A stretch of 64,000 nucleotides of DNA from Auanema rhodensis (taxonomy: Eukaryota; Animalia; Nematoda): assembly GCA_964057225.1 (NCBI GenBank), contig OZ059899.1, forward strand, positions 2,108,001-2,172,000, written 5' to 3'. Positions 56,501 to 64,000 of this stretch are shown one piece after another (within the stretch, counting starts at the first letter, position 1; each line of letters begins with the position of its first letter). The notes beneath the pieces are model-generated. The model saw only the letters and a list, made by a program, of their open reading frames with translations, did no database searches and had not been told where the DNA came from. Both the position numbers and the translations under genes were made by a program.

Positions 56501-58964
56501 AAATGCACCGAGATATCAACTGATATAAGTTCACACTTATATCCTCGATTTTCACCCTGAAGAATTGATTTTTTCGTTGAATAACATTGTCTATCGTCTT
56601 TGCCTTGAAAAATGGAATCTAAAAACATCTACTTTTTGCTAAATTATTTTGAAATTTTTCGAAAAAATTTTTGTCAAAATGTTTTTGGAAGCAATGTTGA
56701 GTGTACATGGAAACTCAACATACACTAATGCATCATTTTTCAAACGATCATAACTAATTTTTGTATCAAGCTTTTCTCAATGTAGTATAGTGCATTCGAT
56801 GCGGATTTTTAAGCTGCGTCGATCTGTGTTATCAGATTTGCGCTAGCTTAAAAATGCACCGAGATATCAACTGATATAAGTTCACACTTATATCCTCGAT
56901 TTTCACCATGAACAATTAATTTTTTCGTTGAATAACATTGTCCATCGTCTTTGCCTTGAAAAATGGAATCTAAAAACATCTACTTTTTGCTAAATTATTT
57001 TGAAATTTTTCGAAAAAATTTTTGTCAAAATGTTTTTGGAAGCAATGTTGAGTGTACATGGAAACTCAACATACACTAATGCATCATTTTTCAAACGATC
57101 ATAACTAATTTTTGTATCAAGCGTTTCTCAATGTAGTATAGTGCATTCGATGCGGATTTTTAAGCTGCGTCGATCTGTGTTATCAGATTTGCGCTAGCTT
57201 AAAAATGCACCGAGATATCAACTGATATAAGTTCACACTTATATCCTCGATTTTCACCCTGAAAAATTGATTTTTTCGTTGAATAACATTGTCTATCGTC
57301 TTTGCCTTGAAAAATGGAATCTAAAAACATCTACTTTTTGCTAAATTATTTTGAAATTTTTCGAAAAAATTTTTGTCAAAATGTTTTTGGAAGCAATGTT
57401 GAGTGTACATGGAAACTCAACATACACTAATGCATCATTTTTCAAACGATCATAACTAATTTTTGTATCAAGCGTTTCTCAATGTAGTATAGTGCATTCG
57501 ATGCGGATTTTTAAGCTGCGTCGATCTGTGTTATCAGATTTGCGCTAACTTAAAAATGCACCGAGATATCAACTGATATAAGTTCACACTTATATCCTCG
57601 ATTTTCACCCTGAAGAATTGATTTTTTCGTTGAATAACATTGTCTATCGTCTTTGCCTTGAAAAATGGAATCTAAAAACATCTACTTTTTGCTAAATTAT
57701 TTTGAAATTTTTCGAAAAAATTTTTGTCAAAATGTTTTTGGAAGCAATGTTGAGTGTACATGGAAACTCAACATACACTAATGCATCATTTTTCAAACGA
57801 TCATAACTAATTTTTGTATTAAGCTTTTCTCAATGTAGTATAGTGCATTCGATGCGGATTTTTAAGCTGCGTCGATCTGTGTTATCAGATTTGCGCTAAC
57901 TTAAAAATGCACCGAGATATCAACTGATATAAGTTCACACTTATATCCTCGATTTTCACCCTGAAGAATTGATTTTTTCGTTGAATAACATTGTCTATCG
58001 TCTTTGCCTTGAAAAATGGAATCTAAAAACATCTACTTTTTGCTAAATTATTTTGAAATTTTTCGAAAAAATTTTTGTCAAAATGTTTTTGGAAGCAATG
58101 TTGAGTGTACATGGAAACTCAACATACACTAATGCATCATTTTTCAAACGATCATAACTAATTTTTGTATTAAGCTTTTCTCAATGTAGTATAGTGCATT
58201 CGATGCGGATTTTTAAGCTGCGTCGATCTGTGTTATCAGATTTGCGCTAGCTTAAAAATGCACCGAGATATCAACTGATATAAGTTCACACTTATATCCT
58301 CGATTTTCACCCTGAAAAATTGATTTTTTCGTTGAATAACATTGTCTATCGTCTTTGCCTTGAAAAATGGAATCTAAAAACATCTACTTTTTGCTAAATT
58401 ATTTTGAAATTTTTCGAAAAAATTTTTGTCAAAATGTTTTTGGAAGCAATGTTGAGTGTACATGGAAACTCAACATACACTAATGCATCATTTTTCAAAC
58501 GATCATAACTAATTTTTGTATCAAGCGTTTCTCAATGTAGTATAGTGCATTCGATGCGGATTTTTAAGCTGCGTCGATCTGTGTTATCAGATTTGCGCTA
58601 ACTTAAAAATGCACCGAGATATCAACTGATATAAGTTCACACTTATATCCTCGATTTTCACCCTGAAGAATTGATTTTTTCGTTGAATAACATTGTCTAT
58701 CGTCTTTGCCTTGAAAAATGGAATCTAAAAACATCTACTTTTTGCTAAATTATTTTGAAATTTTTCGAAAAAATTTTTGTCAAAATGTTTTTGGAAGCAA
58801 TGTTGAGTGTACATGGAAACTCAACATACACTAATGCATCATTTTTCAAACGATCATAACTAATTTTTGTATCAAGCGTTTCTCAATGTAGTATAGTGCA
58901 TTCGATGCGGATTTTTAAGCTGCGTCGATCTGTGTTATCAGATTTGCGCTAACTTAAAAATGCA
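44573..58964 (+). repeat. Array domain 3 (monomers 128-168): CTGAAAAATTGA / CTGAAGAATTGA monomers with interspersed CACCATGAAC type
   Basis: The TGAAAAATTGA..TCTAT haplotype dominates. The CACCATG allele is in monomers starting 47031, 50541, 52296, 52647, 54753 and 56859 and was not seen elsewhere. Confidence 0.78.
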
Positions 58965-61900
58965 CCGAGATATCAACTGATATAAGTTCACACTTATATC
59001 CTCGATTTTCACCCTGAAGAATTGATTTTTTCGTTGAATAACATTGTCTATCGTCTTTGCCTTGAAAAATGGAATCTAAAAACATCTACTTTTTGCTAAA
59101 TTATTTTGAAATTTTTCGAAAAAATTTTTGTCAAAATGTTTTTGGAAGCAATGTTGAGTGTACATGGAAACTCAACATACACTAATGCATCATTTTTCAA
59201 ACGATCATAACTAATTTTCGTATCAAGCGTTTCTCAATGTAGTATAGTGCATTCGATGCGGATTTTTAAGCTGCGTCGATCTGTGTTATCAGATTTGCGC
59301 TAACTTAAAAATGCACCGAGATATCAACTGATATAAGTTCACACTTATATCCTCGATTTTCACCCTGAAGAATTGATTTTTTCGTTGAATAACATTGTCT
59401 ATCGTCTTTGCCTTGAAAAATGGAATCTAAAAACATCTACTTTTTGCTAAATTATTTTGAAATTTTTCGAAAAAATTTTTGTCAAAATGTTTTTGGAAGC
59501 AATGTTGAGTGTACATGGAAACTCAACATACACTAATGCATCATTTTTCAAACGATCATAACTAATTTTTGTATCAAGCGTTTCTCGATGTAGTATAGTG
59601 CATTCGATGCGGATTTTTAAGCTGCGTCGATCTGTGTTATCAGATTTGCGCTAGCTTAAAAATGCACCGAGATATCAACTGATATAAGTTCACACTTATA
59701 TCCTCGATTTTCACCCTGAAGAGTTAATTTTTTCGTTGAATAACATTGTCCATCGTCTTTGCCTTGAAAAATGGAATCTAAAAACATCTACTTTTTGCTA
59801 AATTATTTTGAAATTTTTCGAAAAAATTTTTGTCAAAATGTTTTTGGAAGCAATGTTGAGTGTACATGGAAACTCAACATACACTAATGCATCATTTTTC
59901 AAACAATCATAACTAATTTGTGTATTAAGCGTTTCTCAATGTAGTATAGTGCATTCGATGCGGATTTTTAAGCTGCGTCGATCTGTGTTATCAGATTTGC
60001 GCTAGCTTAAAAATGCACCGAGATATCAACTGATATAAGTTCACACTTATATCCTCGATTTTCACCCTGAAGAATTGATTTTTTCGTTGAATAACATTGT
60101 CTATCGTCTTTGCCTTGAAAAATGGAATCTAAAAACATCTACTTTTTGCTAAATTATTTTGAAATTTTTCGAAAAAATTTTTGTCAAAATGTTTTTGGAA
60201 GCAATGTTGAGTGTACATGGAAACTCAACATACACTAATGCATCATTTTTCAAACGATCATGACTAATTTTTGTATCAAGCTTTTCTCAATGTAGTATAG
60301 TGCATTCGATGCGGATTTTTAAGCTGCGTCGATCTGTGTTATCAGATTTGCGCTAGCTTAAAAATGCACCGAGATATCAACTGATATATGTTCACACTTA
60401 TATCCTCGATTTTCACCCTGAACAATTAATTTTTTCGTTGAATAACATTGTCCATCGTCTTTGCCTTAAAAAATGGAATCTAAAAACATCTACTTTTTGC
60501 TAAATTATTTTGAAATTTTTCGAAAAAATTTTTGTCAAAATGTTTTTGGAAGCAATGTTGAGTGTACATGGAAACTCAACATACACTAATGCATCATTTT
60601 TCAAACGATCATAACTAATTTTTGTATCAAGCGTTTCTCGATGTAGTATAGTGCATTCGATGCGGATTTTTGAGCTGCGTCGATCTGTGTTATCAGATTT
60701 GCGCTAGCTTAAAAATGCACCGAGATATCAACTGATATAAGTTCACACTTATATCCTCGATTTTCACCCTGAAGAATCAATTTTTTCGTTGAATAACATT
60801 GTCTATCGTCTTTGCCTTGAAAAATGGAATCTAAAAACATCTACTTTTTGCTAAATTATTTTGAAATTTTTCGAAAAAATTTTTGTCAAAATGTTTTTGG
60901 AAGCAATGTTGAGTGTACATGGAAACTCAACATACACTAATGCATCATTTTTCAAACAATCATAACTAATTTGTGTATTAAGCGTTTCTCAATGTAGTAT
61001 AGTGCATTCGATGCGGATTTTTAAGCTGCGTCGATCTGTGTTAGCAGATTTGCGCTAGCTTAAAAATGCACCGAGATATCAACTGATATAAGTTCACACT
61101 TATATCCTCGATTTTCACCCTGAACAATTAATTTTTTCGTTGAATAACATTGTCCATCGTCTTTGCCTTGAAAAATGGAATCTAAAAACATCTACTTTTT
61201 GCTAAATTATTTTGAAATTTTTCGAAAAAATTTTTGTCAAAATGTTTTTGGAAGCAATGTTGAGTGTACATGGAAACTCAACATACACTAATGCATCATT
61301 TTTCAAACGATCATAACTAATTTTTGTATCAAGCGTTTCTCAATGTAGTATAGTGCATTCGATGCGGATTTTTAAGCTGCGTCGATCTGTGTTATCAGAT
61401 TTGCGCTAACTTAAAAATGCACCGAGATATCAACTGATATAAGTTCACACTTATATCCTCGATTTTCACCCTGAAGAATTGATTTTTTCGTTGAATAACA
61501 TTGTCTATCGTCTTTGCCTTGAAAAATGGAATCTAAAAACATCTACTTTTTGCTAAATTATTTTGAAATTTTTCGAAAAAATTTTTGTCAAAATGTTTTT
61601 GGAAGCAATGTTGAGTGTACATGGAAACTCAACATACACTAATGCATCATTTTTCAAACGATCATAACTAATTTTCGTATCAAGCGTTTCTCAATGTAGT
61701 ATAGTGCATTCGATGCGGATTTTTAAGCTGCGTCGATCTGTGTTATCAGATTTGCGCTAACTTAAAAATGCACCGAGATATCAACTGATATAAGTTCACA
61801 CTTATATCCTCGATTTTCACCCTGAAGAATTGATTTTTTCGTTGAATAACATTGTCTATCGTCTTTGCCTTGAAAAATGGAATCTAAAAACATCTACTTT

Positions 61901-64000
61901 TTGCTAAATTATTTTGAAATTTTTCGAAAAAATTTTTGTCAAAATGTTTTTGGAAGCAATGTTGAGTGTACATGGAAACTCAACATACACTAATGCATCA
62001 TTTTTCAAACGATCATAACTAATTTTTGTATCAAGCGTTTCTCGATGTAGTATAGTGCATTCGATGCGGATTTTTAAGCTGCGTCGATCTGTGTTATCAG
62101 ATTTGCGCTAGCTTAAAAATGCACCGAGATATCAACTGATATAAGTTCACACTTATATCCTCGATTTTCACCCTGAAGAGTTAATTTTTTCGTTGAATAA
62201 CATTGTCCATCGTCTTTGCCTTGAAAAATGGAATCTAAAAACATCTACTTTTTGCTAAATTATTTTGAAATTTTTCGAAAAAATTTTTGTCAAAATGTTT
62301 TTGGAAGCAATGTTGAGTGTACATGGAAACTCAACATACACTAATGCATCATTTTTCAAACAATCATAACTAATTTGTGTATTAAGCGTTTCTCAATGTA
62401 GTATAGTGCATTCGATGCGGATTTTTAAGCTGCGTCGATCTGTGTTATCAGATTTGCGCTAGCTTAAAAATGCACCGAGATATCAACTGATATAAGTTCA
62501 CACTTATATCCTCGATTTTCACCCTGAAGAATTGATTTTTTCGTTGAATAACATTGTCTATCGTCTTTGCCTTGAAAAATGGAATCTAAAAACATCTACT
62601 TTTTGCTAAATTATTTTGAAATTTTTCGAAAAAATTTTTGTCAAAATGTTTTTGGAAGCAATGTTGAGTGTACATGGAAACTCAACATACACTAATGCAT
62701 CATTTTTCAAACGATCATAACTAATTTTTGTATCAAGCTTTTCTCGATGTAGTATAGTGCATTCGATGCGGATTTTTGAGCTGCGTCGATCTGTGTTATC
62801 AGATTTGCGCTAGCTTAAAAATGCACCGAGATATCAACTGATATAAGTTCACACTTATATCCTCGATTTTCACCCTGAAGAATCAATTTTTTCGTTGAAT
62901 AACATTGTCTATCGTCTTTGCCTTGAAAAATGGAATCTAAAAACATCTACTTTTTGCTAAATTATTTTGAAATTTTTCGAAAAAATTTTTGTCAAAATGT
63001 TTTTGGAAGCAATGTTGAGTGTACATGGAAACTCAACATACACTAATGCATCATTTTTCAAACAATCATAACTAATTTGTGTATTAAGCGTTTCTCAATG
63101 TAGTATAGTGCATTCGATGCGGATTTTTAAGCTGCGTCGATCTGTGTTATCAGATTTGCGCTAGCTTAAAAATGCACCGAGATATCAACTGATATAAGTT
63201 CACACTTATATCCTCGATTTTCACCCTGAACAATTAATTTTTTCGTTGAATAACATTGTCCATCGTCTTTGCCTTGAAAAATGGAATCTAAAAACATCTA
63301 CTTTTTGCTAAATTATTTTGAAATTTTTCGAAAAAATTTTTGTCAAAATGTTTTTGGAAGCAATGTTGAGTGTACATGGAAACTCAACATACACTAATGC
63401 ATCATTTTTCAAACGATCATAACTAATTTTTGTATCAAGCGTTTCTCGATGTAGTATAGTGCATTCGATGCGGATTTTTAAGCTGCGTCGATCTGTGTTA
63501 TCAGATTTGCGCTAGCTTAAAAATGCACCGAGATATCAACTGATATAAGTTCACACTTATATCCTCGATTTTCACCCTGAAGAGTTAATTTTTTCGTTGA
63601 ATAACATTGTCCATCGTCTTTGCCTTGAAAAATGGAATCTAAAAACATCTACTTTTTGCTAAATTATTTTGAAATTTTTCGAAAAAATTTTTGTCAAAAT
63701 GTTTTTGGAAGCAATGTTGAGTGTACATGGAAACTCAACATACACTAATGCATCATTTTTCAAACAATCATAACTAATTTGTGTATTAAGCGTTTCTCAA
63801 TGTAGTATAGTGCATTCGATGCGGATTTTTAAGCTGCGTCGATCTGTGTTATCAGATTTGCGCTAGCTTAAAAATGCACCGAGATATCAACTGATATAAG
63901 TTCACACTTATATCCTCGATTTTCACCCTGAAGAATTGATTTTTTCGTTGGATAACATTGTCTATCGTCTTTGCCTTGAAAAATGGAATCTAAAAACATC
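58965..64000 (+). repeat. Array domain 4 (monomers 169-183): duplicated 7-monomer block
   Basis: Private alleles ATTTTCGTAT and GAAGAGTTAA recur at a 2,457-bp offset, and TTTTGAGC recurs at 2,106 bp after loss of one monomer. Confidence 0.8.

Larger units (their letters stand above)
1..64000. repeat. Tandem satellite DNA array, 351-bp monomer, about 182.3 head-to-tail copies; family not identified
   Basis: CCGAGATATCAACTG recurs at 1, 352, 703, 1054 and so on up to 63879. The last start equals 1+182x351-4, matching five 1-bp deletions (near 5075, 6480, 30250, 37269, 40778) and one 1-bp insertion (near 45405). No unique sequence or inversion was seen, and the array runs off both ends of the window. 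Confidence 0.99.

Noticed and set aside
1-64000. CRISPR array
   Set aside because: The palindromic segments are separated by constant sequence, not unique spacers. The period is 351 bp and there are no cas genes.
1-64000. Rolling-circle or sequencing concatemer, or viroid-like multimer
   Set aside because: The variants form linked haplotypes, regional domains and nested duplications with later private mutations, which random copying error from one circle would not give.
1-64000. Long repeat-protein ORF, since 351 is divisible by 3
   Set aside because: The supplied ORF track shows nothing longer than 63 aa, so no frame reads through successive monomers.

Overview
The whole 64 kb window is one uninterrupted head-to-tail satellite DNA array. 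It holds 182 complete copies plus a 122-bp partial copy of a 351-bp AT-rich monomer (31% GC by my count of copy 1). All copies face the same way and differ by only a few substitutions each. There are six length variants: five 1-bp deletions and one 1-bp insertion. I find no credible genes, RNA genes, transposon insertions or CRISPR spacers. The two 63-aa ORFs are chance products of one duplicated variant monomer. I cannot name the satellite family or the host; it looks like eukaryotic centromeric or pericentromeric heterochromatin, and CpG is not depleted. The interest lies at two scales. First, the monomer is built largely from perfect and nested inverted repeats, and several recurring variants preserve, perfect or mirror those palindromes. 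Second, diagnostic SNPs split the array into haplotype domains with young higher-order repeats (4-mer, 7-mer), a 20-monomer (7,019-bp) duplication containing a nested re-duplication, and chimeric monomers that localise crossovers. All monomer typing was done by eye and should be confirmed by alignment. I see no direct evidence of a novel protein-coding system. 'Pos' below means position within the monomer, which equals the window coordinate in copy 1.
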